From contig CAVVCZ010000001.1 of assembly GCA_963746845.1 (NCBI GenBank), positions 64,001-128,000 of the forward strand: DNA of 64,000 nt, in the 5' to 3' direction. The translations under genes and the position numbers were made by a program. Positions 8,503 to 18,683 of the stretch are shown here, in pieces. The notes beneath the pieces are model-generated. The model was not told the DNA's origin, ran no database searches, and worked only from the letters and a program-made list of their open reading frames with translations. The stretch comes from an uncultured Chloroflexia bacterium. Its GTDB lineage: Bacteria; Chloroflexota; Limnocylindria; Limnocylindrales; CSP1-4. Within the stretch, counting starts at the first letter, position 1, and the number at the start of each line of letters is the position of its first letter.

Positions 8503-9180
8503 ATGACCGGATCGAGCGGTCAGGGCGGCCCGGATCCGTGGGCCGACGAGCGGGCGCGGATGGTCGAGCGGCAGCTCCGGCTGCGCGGCATCGCCGATGC
8601 GCGCGTCCTCGCGGCCATGGGCGTGGTGCCCCGCGACGCGTTCGTCGACCCGTCCCAGATGCGCCACGCGTACGCCGACGAGGCGCTGCCGATCGCTTCC
8701 GGCCAGACGATCAGCCAGCCGTACATCGTCGCGCGGATGACCGAGCTGCTCGGGGTCGGGCCGTGGGACCGGGTGCTCGAGATCGGGACGGGAACGGGCT
8801 ACCAGGCGGCCGTCCTGGCGGCGATGGGCTGTCGGGTGACGACGATCGAGCGGCTGCCCGAGCTGGCGGCGGCCGCGCGGGAACGGCTGGCGAGACTCGG
8901 GTTCGGGACGATGGTCGAGGTACGGGTGGGTGACGGGAGCGTCGGGGCGCCGGATGGGGCGCCGTGGCGCGGGATCCTCGTCGCCGCGGCGGCGCCGGCG
9001 ATCCCGGACGCGCTGCGTGAGCAGCTCGATCCGGCCGGCGGGCGGCTGGTCCTGCCGGTCGGCCCGCGGAACCGCCAGGACCTGATCGTGATCGTCCGGA
9101 ACGGGAACGAGTGGGTCGAGCGGAACGACGGCTCCGTGGCGTTCGTACCGCTGGTCGGGGAGGGCGGGTTCCCGGACTGA
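8503..9180 (+). CDS. pcm: protein-L-isoaspartate O-methyltransferase
   Basis: AYADEALPI, GQTISQPYIVA, VLEIGTGTGYQAA, GDGSVG, FVPLVG. Confidence 0.93.
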   Translation: MTGSSGQGGPDPWADERARMVERQLRLRGIADARVLAAMGVVPRDAFVDPSQMRHAYADEALPIASGQTISQPYIVARMTELLGVGPWDRVLEIGTGTGYQAAVLAAMGCRVTTIERLPELAAAARERLARLGFGTMVEVRVGDGSVGAPDGAPWRGILVAAAAPAIPDALREQLDPAGGRLVLPVGPRNRQDLIVIVRNGNEWVERNDGSVAFVPLVGEGGFPD

Positions 9181-9455
9181 GGGCCCGTCGGCGCCCCGCG
9201 GAGCGATCCCCTGGGTCGAGCTCGACGAAACCTGATCAGACAGTCGCCGGCGGACCGTAGGCGTCGCTTCGGGCGCCGTGGACCAGCCGGTCCGGGGTTC
9301 GGGCCGTCGCTCCGCACTCGGCGCGTCGCGCTTCCGGCCCGGGCAGAGGTCCCGACGGCCGCCAACGGTCGGTGGGTGGGCGTTGGCTCAGTTCCACCCG
9401 GCCAGGGTGCCAGATTCCCGCCCCATGTCGACGAACCGCCGCCGGTGCCGGATCG

Positions 9456-9604
9456 GGTGCCAGATCGACACCTGAGGTCGAGTAGGCGCGGTCAGCGGCG
9501 TGGATCGGGTCCCGACGAGCTGAGCTGAGCGTGGCGAGACGCTGACCCGCCCTCACAGACGGCGCTGAGCGTGCCGAGTCGACACCCGGCGTCGATCTGG
9601 CACC
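9456..9604. repeat. intergenic inverted repeat (REP/MITE-like)
   Basis: GGTGCCAGATCGAC 9456-9469 and exact reverse complement 9591-9604; a partial third copy near 9405. Confidence 0.5.
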
Positions 9605-9752
9605 GAAGCGGGGCGATCCTGGCCGTAGTCGTCACCAGGCGTCGAAATGGCAGGCTCGATGCGGCGTCGGGACGACCGGGGCGGCGAAGTGGGACCGGGG
9701 CGAGCCGGTGACGGCACGAGGCGCCGAGCACCCTCGGTATACTCGGCCGGCC

Positions 9753-10847
9753 ATGACCCACGTCTTCGTCGCGCCGCATCCCGATGACGTCGCGCTCTCC
9801 TGCGGGGGGCTGATCGCGAGCCTCCGGGAGCTGGGCCAGAACGTGACGATCGTGACCGTCTTCTCGGGAGCGGGGGCCGCGGCGGAGAACGGCGCCGGCC
9901 TGACGGGCTACCAGCGGGAGGCGCTCGGGTACGGGTCGAAGACGATGTGGCCCGTGACGGAGGCCTTCAACCGCGCGCACATTCGCGCGGACTTCCCCGT
10001 GTACGGCGACCCGGACGTGCTGCCGGCGTGGGCCGCGACCGACGACCGCCTCGAGGCGACCCAGAGCGACGCCGACGCGGCCGCCAAGCGGTTCTGGCAG
10101 CGTTCGTCGTGGTACCGCCGGGCGAGCATCCGGAGCCATCCGCTCGCCGGACAGCCGCTGATGGACGAGCTCAGCACGCAGGGCCCGGTCGCGACGGAGG
10201 ACCTGGTCGACGCCGCGGCCGGGGGCGACTCGATGGCCCAGCGTCGTCTCGAGGACGAGCACTTCGCTGCGTTCGCCGAGGCGTCGATCGTCTTCCTCGA
10301 TCTGCCCGACGCGGTCTTCCGCGGCTACGCGAACGACGACGAGCTGCTGAGCACCCCCCGCGACGATGATGCGACGCCGTTCGACGTCCTCCGCCGCGAG
10401 ATCACCCGGCTCGAGCCCCAGAAGCTGTACCTGCCGCTCGGCGTCGGCAACCACGTCGACCACCAACTCTGCCGCGACGTCGGCGTGCGATTGCTCGAAG
10501 AGGGCCGGCGCTGGGTGATGCCGGGCCCGGAGTACGCCGGCATCGTGACCTTCTACGAGGACTTCCCCTACGCGTGGTGGAACGACTTCACGAAGCTCGA
10601 GGATCTACCGGCCCACGCGCTGGCGCGCCTGCCGTCCGACGTCGGGCTGGCGCCCGAGTACGCCGACATCGCCGACCAGCTCGAGCGCAAGATCACGGGC
10701 GTCAACATCTACCAGAGCCAGATCGAGCGGCTGTTCACCTCGACGAAGGAGATGGCGCGACAGGTCCGCGCGAACGCCCGCAAGACGGCGCTCCTCGGCG
10801 GGTCCGCGGGCTCCGCCGAGCGCTACTGGACGACCCAGCCCGCGTAG
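9753..10847 (+). CDS. PIG-L/LmbE family deacetylase
   Basis: VAPHPDDVALSCGG, RRLED, PLGVGNHVDH, FYEDFPY, YQSQ. Confidence 0.85.
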   Translation: MTHVFVAPHPDDVALSCGGLIASLRELGQNVTIVTVFSGAGAAAENGAGLTGYQREALGYGSKTMWPVTEAFNRAHIRADFPVYGDPDVLPAWAATDDRLEATQSDADAAAKRFWQRSSWYRRASIRSHPLAGQPLMDELSTQGPVATEDLVDAAAGGDSMAQRRLEDEHFAAFAEASIVFLDLPDAVFRGYANDDELLSTPRDDDATPFDVLRREITRLEPQKLYLPLGVGNHVDHQLCRDVGVRLLEEGRRWVMPGPEYAGIVTFYEDFPYAWWNDFTKLEDLPAHALARLPSDVGLAPEYADIADQLERKITGVNIYQSQIERLFTSTKEMARQVRANARKTALLGGSAGSAERYWTTQPA

Positions 10848-10934
10848 GCGACGAAGCACGCCCGGTACCAACGAACCCTTTCATCGGGCTGGCCGCGGCT
10901 GGGATGATCGGCCCATGCACGAGCGCGTGAGCCC

Positions 10935-12218
10935 ATGCTGATCGGCCTCGGGTACCCGGACGTCTCGACGCCCGCGACCCGGCGGGCGTCGGCGATCCTC
11001 GTGTTCGGGACCGCGCTCGGGCTCGCGATGGTCCTCCGGATCGTTCTGCTGCGGACCCTGGGGCTGACCGGCGACCTCGACCAGTTCGTCCTGTGGGTCC
11101 ACGGGATCGCAACGGCGCCGTTCACCCACGCCTACGACCAGGACATCGCGTTCCCGCCGGTCATGGCCTACATCTGGGGCGTGCTGGCGACGCTCGAGCC
11201 GGCGTTCCGGACCGTGACCACGTCGGCGGACCCGGCCATCCGGGCGATCATGAAGGCGCCGGCGAGCCTCGCCGACCTCGCGATCGGTGGGCTGATCGCG
11301 TGGCATCTCCGGGCGACGCCGAAGTGGGCGATCGGTGGCGCGCTGCTCGTCCTCCTCCACCCGGCCGTGATCGACGTCAGCGCCTGGTGGGGCCAGTACG
11401 AGTCGATCTACGTCCTCTTCGGGGTCGTGGCGTTCCTCCTCGCCGTCCGCGGGCACTCCCTCCTCGCGGCTGCCGCGCTCGCCGTCGCGTTGATGACGAA
11501 GCCGCAGGCGCTGCCCTTCATCGTCCCGTTCGCGGCGTGGTTCCTCGCTCGCGACGGCTGGCTCGGAGCCCTGAAGGCGGGCGCGGTCGGGGCGGCGATG
11601 ATCGGCCTCCTGTGGCTGCCGTTCATCCCCGCGGGCGGCGTCCAGGGCTACCTGCACACCCTCGGCATGTACCAGGGTGACGTCTACGCGATCCTGTCCC
11701 TCCGAGCCTGGAACCTGTGGTGGCTCGTCCAGGAGCTGCTGGCGGGCGGCTCGTTCGTCTCCGACCAGGGCGCCATCCTCGGCCCGATCACGCTCCGCCA
11801 CGTCGGCTACGCCATGGCGCTGATCGGGGAGATCGCGGTCTTCGTCCTCGTCTATCGCGCCCGCACTCCCAGGGCCCTGGCGCTCGGTGTCGCCGCCGCG
11901 GCGCTCGTCGCCTTCTGCTTCCTCACGACGATGCACGAGCGCTACGCCTTCGCCGTCCTCGCGTTCCTGCCGCTCGCATTCCCCGACCGACGCGTCCTCG
12001 TCCTGTCGGTCGTGTTCGGTGTCGCCTACACGCTCAACCTGCTCGCCGCGGCCCCGCCGACCGAGGCCATCGGGTCCGCGATCCCGATCGGCGGCCCGCT
12101 CGGTGTCGTCGGCTCGATCACGATCCTCGTGGTCCTCGGCGGCATCCTGGCGGTGCTCGCCGGTGAGGCCCGGACCGCGACGGAGCGATCGACGCTGATG
12201 CCGGACCTGACCCGATGA
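10935..12218 (+). CDS. GT-C polytopic glycosyltransferase (GPI-mannosyltransferase/ALG6-like)
   Basis: GDLDQF, FPPV, SAWWGQYES, KPQA, AWNLW, TTMHERY; many TM helices. Confidence 0.75.
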   Translation: MLIGLGYPDVSTPATRRASAILVFGTALGLAMVLRIVLLRTLGLTGDLDQFVLWVHGIATAPFTHAYDQDIAFPPVMAYIWGVLATLEPAFRTVTTSADPAIRAIMKAPASLADLAIGGLIAWHLRATPKWAIGGALLVLLHPAVIDVSAWWGQYESIYVLFGVVAFLLAVRGHSLLAAAALAVALMTKPQALPFIVPFAAWFLARDGWLGALKAGAVGAAMIGLLWLPFIPAGGVQGYLHTLGMYQGDVYAILSLRAWNLWWLVQELLAGGSFVSDQGAILGPITLRHVGYAMALIGEIAVFVLVYRARTPRALALGVAAAALVAFCFLTTMHERYAFAVLAFLPLAFPDRRVLVLSVVFGVAYTLNLLAAAPPTEAIGSAIPIGGPLGVVGSITILVVLGGILAVLAGEARTATERSTLMPDLTR

Positions 12219-13024
12219 CCGTGACGACCGTGGACGCAGCCCAGACCGCGCCCGCCGAACGCAACCCCGCCGCCCGGGCCGCCCGCGTCGTCCTGGCCAC
12301 GATCATCGGGCTCGAGCTGCTGTGGATCGTCTTCGTCTTCGTCCAGCAGTGGCTGACGAACCCCGCGTTCGGCCTCGACTTCCGTTGGCACGTGGCCGCG
12401 GCCCAGCGTCTGCTCGACACGGGCACCCCGTACTGGCCGTGGCAGATCGCCGGTCCCTACGAGATCAGCGACGGCGCGATCCTCTACCCGCCGACCGCGT
12501 TCCTCCTGTTCATCCCGTTCATCTGGCTGCCGGCGGTCCTGTGGTGGGCGGTCCCGATCGCCATCCTCGTCGTGGGGATGGCGATGCATCGGCCGCCGCT
12601 CTGGGCGTGGGCCGTGATCGGCGGGATCGTCGCGTTCGAGAAGTCGCTCAACGTGTTCGTGTTCGGCAACCCGTCGATGTGGATCGTGGCCGCCATCGCC
12701 GCCGGGACGATCCTCGCCTGGCCGTTCGTCCTCGTCATCGCCAAGCCGACGTTCGCCCCGATCGCCCTCCTCGGGATCCGGCATCGCTCGTGGTGGATCG
12801 CGCTGGCGGTGCTGATCGTCCTCAGCGTCCCGTTCGCCCGCGTGTGGCTCGACTGGTTCAAGGTCGTGACGAACTCGAACGTCAGCCTCGTCTACAACCT
12901 GCCAACGCTGCCCCTGATGTGCGCACCGCTCGTTGCATGGCTAGCCGGCGTTCGTCGCCCGCGGCTTCGACCGGCGGAACCGGCCGCGCAGCGCGGCGAA
13001 GTACCAGCGCAGGTAGTGGGGTAG
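12215..13024 (+). CDS. GT87/DUF2029-like membrane glycosyltransferase
   Basis: LDFRWH, ILYPP, GN, KP motifs; ATGA coupling to upstream gene. Confidence 0.7.
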   Translation: MTVTTVDAAQTAPAERNPAARAARVVLATIIGLELLWIVFVFVQQWLTNPAFGLDFRWHVAAAQRLLDTGTPYWPWQIAGPYEISDGAILYPPTAFLLFIPFIWLPAVLWWAVPIAILVVGMAMHRPPLWAWAVIGGIVAFEKSLNVFVFGNPSMWIVAAIAAGTILAWPFVLVIAKPTFAPIALLGIRHRSWWIALAVLIVLSVPFARVWLDWFKVVTNSNVSLVYNLPTLPLMCAPLVAWLAGVRRPRLRPAEPAAQRGEVPAQVVG

Positions 13025-13702
13025 CCACTTCCGGAGCTTGAAGTTGCTCTGGCCGGCGGTCCGGTCGCTCCACGTCGTCGGGACCTCGGCGATGCGCCGT
13101 CCCGCGAGGGTCGCCTTGACGGTCAGCTCCAGGGCGAGCTCGAAGCCGGCCGTGCTCTCGATCGGGGTCGCCTCGAGGAACGAGCGCCGGTAGAGCTTGA
13201 AATTGTTCGTCGGGTCGTGGGTCGGGACGCCGGCGATCCAGTGCAGGCTCAGCCCGGCCGTCCGGCTCATCAGCCGCTTGACCAACGGGCCGCCGATCTG
13301 GTGGCCGCCGTGCATGTACCGGCTCGCCGCGACGATGTCGGCGCCGTCCCGCGCCAGGGCGACCATCGGGTCGACGATGTGCGGCTCGTCGGAGCCGTCG
13401 GCCATCGAGATCAGGACGAGCGGCCCGCTCGTCCCGGCGATCCCTGCCTTCATCGCGTTCAGGACCCCCCGACCGAGGTCGTTCCGGAGGCCGCGGAGGA
13501 CCGGGATATCGGCGACCAGACGGGCGATCACGGGCACGGTCGTGTCGCCGTCGAAGTCGTACACGACGACGAGCTCGTGGGGCGTGGCGATGCCCGCGTG
13601 GAGCGCGCGCAGGACCGGTTCGACCGCCTCGCCCTCGTTGTAGACAGGCAGGACGACCGACAGCTCGGGGACCGTGACGTCAGTGGGGTCGGCGACCGAC
13701 AC
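12941..13702 (-). CDS. GT2 polyprenyl-phosphate glycosyltransferase (DPM1-like)
   Basis: LSVVLPVYNE, MADGSD, ASRY, DPTNNFKLY, EVP..W.DR..G.S. Confidence 0.85.
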   Translation of the reverse strand: MSVADPTDVTVPELSVVLPVYNEGEAVEPVLRALHAGIATPHELVVVYDFDGDTTVPVIARLVADIPVLRGLRNDLGRGVLNAMKAGIAGTSGPLVLISMADGSDEPHIVDPMVALARDGADIVAASRYMHGGHQIGGPLVKRLMSRTAGLSLHWIAGVPTHDPTNNFKLYRRSFLEATPIESTAGFELALELTVKATLAGRRIAEVPTTWSDRTAGQSNFKLRKWLPHYLRWYFAALRGRFRRSKPRATNAG

Positions 13703-13705
13703 GGC

Positions 13706-14743
13706 TCAACTCGACTCCGCTTCGGCCGTGGCGAGATTCGTCGAGTCCGTCGGGGCTGGATTCGACCACGGCAGCCCGTCGGCCGCGGACGCGAACCGAT
13801 AGGCGGCGAGCCCAACGACCACCGGAGCCAGCAGCCAGAAGCTGAACAGGTTCACGGGGAACGCGCACACGAGGAGCTCCATCCAGACGACGTCGAACAG
13901 CGTGATCGGCACGAGCAGGAACAGGCCCAGCATGACGGCCACGAGCGCTCTCGTGACCACGACCGCGTCGATCCCGGGCAGGAGCGAGCGGAGGAACAGT
14001 GACGGAGCGATGTTCGTGTCCGCGACCTGCTCGATGTTCTGGAACGCCACGACGAAGTCGGACAGGACGCTTCGACCGGTCGTCAGGCTCAGCAGGAGCA
14101 CGATCGCGACCGCCGCGCCCGCCGCCACGAGCAGCGGCCGGATCCGGCCGGTGCGCACCATGTAGATCGCGAGCGGGATCGCTGGGACGACCTTGATCGA
14201 GGCCAGGAAGACGCCGATGACCAGCAACCCCGGCCGATCCTTGCGGATCCCGATGACCCAGACCACCAACCCCAGGAGCACCAGCGCCTCCGCGTTCCCC
14301 CACGCAACGATCATCCACAGCGGTGTCGACGCGAGGAGCAACGCGATCGTCAGGAGCCGGTGACGGCGCGGAACGGCAAGGACGATGGCGAGCGCCGCGG
14401 CGACGACGATCGTCAGCCACCAGACAACGGCGCCGGCCAGTCCCGGCAGGACCGCGGCGTGGACCACCAACGGCAGGAACCACGGCGGCATGTTGAACAT
14501 GCCCTGCACGGCGGGCGCCAGGTAGTCGTACGGGCCGGCCAGCAGGCTCGGGTCGTACAGCGGGAGTCCATGGACGAGGCGGTCGAACCCGTCCCGGTAC
14601 GTCGTCCAATCGGCACCGATGGTCGATGGGTACCTGGCATACGGGATCAGGAGCTCATTGACGACGAGCCCGATCAGCAGAAGCGCAACCCATGGCCGAT
14701 CCGAACGTGGGCTTGGGACGCGGTTGCGGATCTCGCGAACCAA
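13706..14743 (-). CDS. GT87/DUF2029-like membrane glycosyltransferase
   Basis: ADWTTY, PLYD, FNMPP, WGN, IKVVP. Confidence 0.7.
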   Translation of the reverse strand: MVREIRNRVPSPRSDRPWVALLLIGLVVNELLIPYARYPSTIGADWTTYRDGFDRLVHGLPLYDPSLLAGPYDYLAPAVQGMFNMPPWFLPLVVHAAVLPGLAGAVVWWLTIVVAAALAIVLAVPRRHRLLTIALLLASTPLWMIVAWGNAEALVLLGLVVWVIGIRKDRPGLLVIGVFLASIKVVPAIPLAIYMVRTGRIRPLLVAAGAAVAIVLLLSLTTGRSVLSDFVVAFQNIEQVADTNIAPSLFLRSLLPGIDAVVVTRALVAVMLGLFLLVPITLFDVVWMELLVCAFPVNLFSFWLLAPVVVGLAAYRFASAADGLPWSNPAPTDSTNLATAEAESS

Positions 14744-14757
14744 GGAGCGTTCGATCG

Positions 14758-15774
14758 CTATGAACTCCCGGAGGCCACCGTCTGCTCCGCCACGTCGCGG
14801 TCGAAGCTCGACGAACGCATCCAGCGCGCGGTGGCTTCCAGACCTGCCGTCAGGGTGATCTGCGGCGCCCAGCGAAGCATCCGCCGGGCCTTCTCGATGT
14901 TCACGACGCGACGGCGGATGTTGTCGATGTCTCGCCGGTCGATGTGGACGACGTCGACGTCCACGCCGACGGCTCGGCCGATCTTCGCGGCGAGGTCGTT
15001 GACCGACGTCTCGATGCCCGTGCCGACGTTGAACACCTCACCCTCCGCGCGGGGACGGATCGCCGCGAGGAGCGTGGCGTCGACGGCGTCGTCAATGTAC
15101 GTGTAGTCACGGGTCTGCTCGCCGTCGCCGTGGACCTGCAGCGGCTTGCCGTCGATCGCGGCCGCGAAGAACTTGGCGATGACCCCGCAGTACGGGTTGT
15201 CCGGCCGCTGGCCCTCCCCGAAGACGTTCGAGTAACGGACGACCGACACCGGGACGCCGTAGTTCTCGTAGAACGCGTTGCAGTACAGCTCGCCGCCGAG
15301 CTTGCTGACCGCGTAGGGCGAGAGGGCGACCGGTGGATCGTCCTCGTTGATCGGGATCGAGCGCGGGTTGCCGTAGATCGAAGTCGAGCCCGTGTAGACG
15401 ATCCGGTCGACCTTCGACTCGCGAGCCGCGAGGAGCACGTTGAGCGTCCCGCCGATGTTCGTGGCGAAGTCCTCGCGCGGGTCCTTGGTGCTCGCGATGA
15501 TGTTGCGCGCGGCCATGTGGAAGACCATGGACGCGTCCGCGACGAGCTCCCGAACGAGCGGCTCGTCGACGACGGAGCCGGTGACGAGCTGGGCGTTCGT
15601 CGGGACCACCTCGGCCTGGCCCGTGAACAGGTCGTCGAGCACGGTGACGCGGGCGCCCGCCTCTGCGAGCCGGCGGACAAGCGAGCCACCGACGAACCCG
15701 GCGCCGCCCGTGACGAGGACGCGCCGGCCGGAGAAGGCCCGGGCGACCTGGTCGGTCATCCGTGGCTCGGTCAT
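14758..15774 (-). CDS. NAD-dependent nucleotide-sugar epimerase/dehydratase
   Basis: VTGGAGFVG, SPYAVSK, RYSNVFG, GDGEQTRDY; start ATG15774. Confidence 0.9.
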   Translation of the reverse strand: MTEPRMTDQVARAFSGRRVLVTGGAGFVGGSLVRRLAEAGARVTVLDDLFTGQAEVVPTNAQLVTGSVVDEPLVRELVADASMVFHMAARNIIASTKDPREDFATNIGGTLNVLLAARESKVDRIVYTGSTSIYGNPRSIPINEDDPPVALSPYAVSKLGGELYCNAFYENYGVPVSVVRYSNVFGEGQRPDNPYCGVIAKFFAAAIDGKPLQVHGDGEQTRDYTYIDDAVDATLLAAIRPRAEGEVFNVGTGIETSVNDLAAKIGRAVGVDVDVVHIDRRDIDNIRRRVVNIEKARRMLRWAPQITLTAGLEATARWMRSSSFDRDVAEQTVASGSS

Positions 15775-16484
15775 CGCTTCACGCCGGCCCGGAGCAGGAT
15801 CGCGGGACGGAAGAGGCGCCACCAGTCCTTGAGGCCGCGCATCTTCGTGTAGCCCTCCTTCGCGTGGTAGCGAACGGTACACGGCACCTCGATCACCTTG
15901 TAGCCCCGCCGGATGGCCTTGTACAGGACATACGGCTCGAGGTCGTAGCTGGTGAGCCACTCCTGGTCGAGGTCGATCTTCGGGTCGCGGAGGATGTCGG
16001 CCTTGAAGATCCGGAAGCCATTCGTCGCGTCCGTGACGTGGCGCAGGACGAGGACGGAGAAGACGAACGAGTAGAGCCGCGTTCCGAAGCTGCGGTGGCC
16101 GATCGGGCCCACGACCCGGCCCCCCTTCCGCCAGCGGGAGCCCTGGGCGTAGTCGGCGCCGGCGGCCTCCAGGGCCGCGAGCGCGGTGATCAGCTCCGCA
16201 GGTTCGTGCTGGTCGTCGCCGGACAGGAGCGCGAGGTACTTGCGCTCACGGCGGAGACCTTCCTTCCAGCCATCGCGGATCGCGGCGCCGACACCGCCGC
16301 GCTCCTCGTGGCGGATGACGACGGCCGCGCCATGGGCACGCGCCTCGTCGCCGGTCCCATCCGTGGAGCCGTCGTCGACGACGATCGCCTCGAACCAGCC
16401 ACTCGTCGGCAGCTTGTCCAGGACGCGCCCGATCTTGCCCGCCTCGTTGAGAGCGGGGATCACGACGGCCACGATCGGCGTCAC
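15771..16484 (-). CDS. GT2 polyprenyl-phosphate glycosyltransferase
   Basis: VVIPALNE, VDDGSTD, SGDDQH, GSRW, TDATNGFR; start GTG16484 inferred. Confidence 0.85.
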   Translation of the reverse strand: MTPIVAVVIPALNEAGKIGRVLDKLPTSGWFEAIVVDDGSTDGTGDEARAHGAAVVIRHEERGGVGAAIRDGWKEGLRRERKYLALLSGDDQHEPAELITALAALEAAGADYAQGSRWRKGGRVVGPIGHRSFGTRLYSFVFSVLVLRHVTDATNGFRIFKADILRDPKIDLDQEWLTSYDLEPYVLYKAIRRGYKVIEVPCTVRYHAKEGYTKMRGLKDWWRLFRPAILLRAGVKR

Positions 16485-16632
16485 GGCGGTCGGTCGATCA
16501 CCCTCCAAGGCGGCCGACCCGGGCGTCTGTCCTTCCACGTCTCCCCGATTGCTCACGGAGCGAACTGCATGCGGGGAGATCGTGACCGGCAACGGTCCCG
16601 GTCGGCAACCCCCCGCCAGTACCAGTGCCGTC

Positions 16633-17664
16633 TCACGTCGCGGGCTCGGAGCGCGTCGTCCCGCGGCTGAAGTCCAGTCCGCGGCTTGTCTCGGTCCACG
16701 GAGCGGCGATGGCCAGGAGCGACACGAGCCCGGACGCATACAGGGCGGGCGTCCCGAGCACCGAGGCCAGCAGCGCGACGACGAAGGAGGCACGCGGCCA
16801 CCGAGCGCCGAGGAGCCAGCTGGCGACGAAGCCGAGCGCGAGGAACGCGTAGCTGCCCCAGGACACGCCGAGGAGCCCGGACAGGCTGAGCTCGGTCGGC
16901 CGGTTGCCGGGCAGCGTGGCGAGGTAGTCCAGGTACGACCCGGGCCCGGCGCCGACCGCCCCGAGCACGAGCATGAACGCAAGCGTGCCGAACGCGGCGG
17001 CGATCGCCATCCAGCGACGGCCGCCCGCCAGCCAGCCGGTCATCGCGATCGGCGAGAGCTTGATCGAGGCGGCCAGGCCGATCAACGCCCCGGAGGCGGG
17101 GCGATCACGGAGACGCCAGACGAGGATGTACAGGGCGGGCATGAAGGCGTTCACGTTCGCGACGGCGAGCTGCTCACCGATCGCGTGTGACAGAAGCAGA
17201 GCGAGCAGGACGCCGGGCAGACCCGTCTTCAGGACGACGTACAGGACGGTGCCGAGCAGGGCCACCCAGCAGGCGACCACCCAGAGCGTGATCCCCCAGT
17301 CGACCGCCGCGAGCGGGCGCCACAGGACCGCGATCGGCGGGGGCGACAGGAGGGGCGCGGAGTACAGGCCGGGGATCGTCAGCACCGGCAGGTCGCCCGG
17401 GACGAGGCGATACAGGTCGTGCCCGAGGTTCAGCCGATCTCCGGCCGCCCGGTACGTCATGGCATCGGTGAACGGCTCCATGAGATTGCCGGGTGCGTTG
17501 TAGACCGAGATGTTGGCGGCGGTCCAGGCGAGGATCGTCCCGAGGACGAGCCCGACCAGGAGCAGGTTCAGGATTCGCCGGACGACCGGGCTGACGGGAG
17601 GGTTCGCGACCGCCCCGAGCCGCGAGACCTCGGTCGAAACGTCGACCGCCGGAGCCGTGGTCAC
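16633..17664 (-). CDS. GT87/DUF2029-like membrane glycosyltransferase
   Basis: TDAMTY.AAGDRLN, SPPP, ANVN, IKLSP; GTGA overlap with upstream stop. Confidence 0.72.
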   Translation of the reverse strand: MTTAPAVDVSTEVSRLGAVANPPVSPVVRRILNLLLVGLVLGTILAWTAANISVYNAPGNLMEPFTDAMTYRAAGDRLNLGHDLYRLVPGDLPVLTIPGLYSAPLLSPPPIAVLWRPLAAVDWGITLWVVACWVALLGTVLYVVLKTGLPGVLLALLLSHAIGEQLAVANVNAFMPALYILVWRLRDRPASGALIGLAASIKLSPIAMTGWLAGGRRWMAIAAAFGTLAFMLVLGAVGAGPGSYLDYLATLPGNRPTELSLSGLLGVSWGSYAFLALGFVASWLLGARWPRASFVVALLASVLGTPALYASGLVSLLAIAAPWTETSRGLDFSRGTTRSEPAT

Positions 17665-18683
17665 AGCCGCCCCGCCTCGACCTCGTCGCGGATCCACGGG
17701 ATGACCTCGTCGAGCATCATCTCAAGCGAGGTCGTCGCCTCGTAGCCAAGGACCGCCTTCGCCTTGCGCACGTCGGGGACGCGGAGCTGGACGTCGTGCT
17801 CGAATGGCGCGTCGGAGACGTAGGCGAACGGCCGGCCGTCGGTGTGGATCTTCGACCAGATGCATTCCGCAAGCTCGAGCACGGTCGTCGAGCGCGCGGT
17901 CGAGAGGTTGAAGTCGTTGTTGAGCGCGTCCGGCGACTCCATCGCCAGCCGGATCCCGTGGGCGAGGTCGCCGCCGTAGGTGTAGTGGCGGACCTGTGAG
18001 CCGTCGCCGAGGATGTGGAGCGGGTCCTGACCCTTGAGGACCTTGAGGACCAGGTCCGGAACGACGTGCGACAGGGCCAGCTTCACGTTGCCGGACATGA
18101 TGTCCGTGTCGCGGACGGCGCGGCGCTCGCCGATTCCGACGCAATTGAACGGGCGAACGATCGTGTACGGCAGCTCGTACTGCTCCCATGCGCCCTTCGC
18201 GAAGTACTCCGCCGCAAGCTTCTGGAAGCCGTACGTGGACACCGGCGGCGGGGACGTCAGTTCCGCGCCCTCCGGGGTCGGGAAAACCGTCGCGGACTCG
18301 TACACCATCGAGCTGCTGACGACGATGATCCGCCCGAGCGTGCGCTTCCGGTGCGCGGCGATGGCGGCGTCGAAGGTCGCCGCGAGGATCCGCTCGTTCT
18401 CCGCGATCAGGTCGTAGGCGAACTCGTGGAAGTAGCTGATCCCGCCGATCATCGCGGCCGCTGCGACGACCTGGTCGACGTCCGACGCCAGCTCGGTCAT
18501 CAGCGCGACGTCCTTCGCGTCGCCCTCGACGAAGCGGTAGCGCGGGTGGTCGTCGTACGACTTCGTCAGCCGGCCGTACTTGCTGAAGTCGTCGAGCCCG
18601 ACGACCTCGTGGCCGGCCTCGAGCAGCTCGGGCACGAGGTAGCCGTTGATGAACCCGGCGGCACCGGTGACGAGGACCTTCAC
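17661..18683 (-). CDS. NAD-dependent nucleotide-sugar epimerase/dehydratase
   Basis: VLVTGAAGFING, SSSMVY, YGFQK, RPFNCVG, GDGSQVR. Confidence 0.9.
   Translation of the reverse strand: MKVLVTGAAGFINGYLVPELLEAGHEVVGLDDFSKYGRLTKSYDDHPRYRFVEGDAKDVALMTELASDVDQVVAAAAMIGGISYFHEFAYDLIAENERILAATFDAAIAAHRKRTLGRIIVVSSSMVYESATVFPTPEGAELTSPPPVSTYGFQKLAAEYFAKGAWEQYELPYTIVRPFNCVGIGERRAVRDTDIMSGNVKLALSHVVPDLVLKVLKGQDPLHILGDGSQVRHYTYGGDLAHGIRLAMESPDALNNDFNLSTARSTTVLELAECIWSKIHTDGRPFAYVSDAPFEHDVQLRVPDVRKAKAVLGYEATTSLEMMLDEVIPWIRDEVEAGRL

Noticed and set aside
8503-9180. PIMT as a RiPP-modifying enzyme for the small peptides
   Set aside because: It looks like the canonical Pcm repair enzyme, and neither peptide contains Asp.
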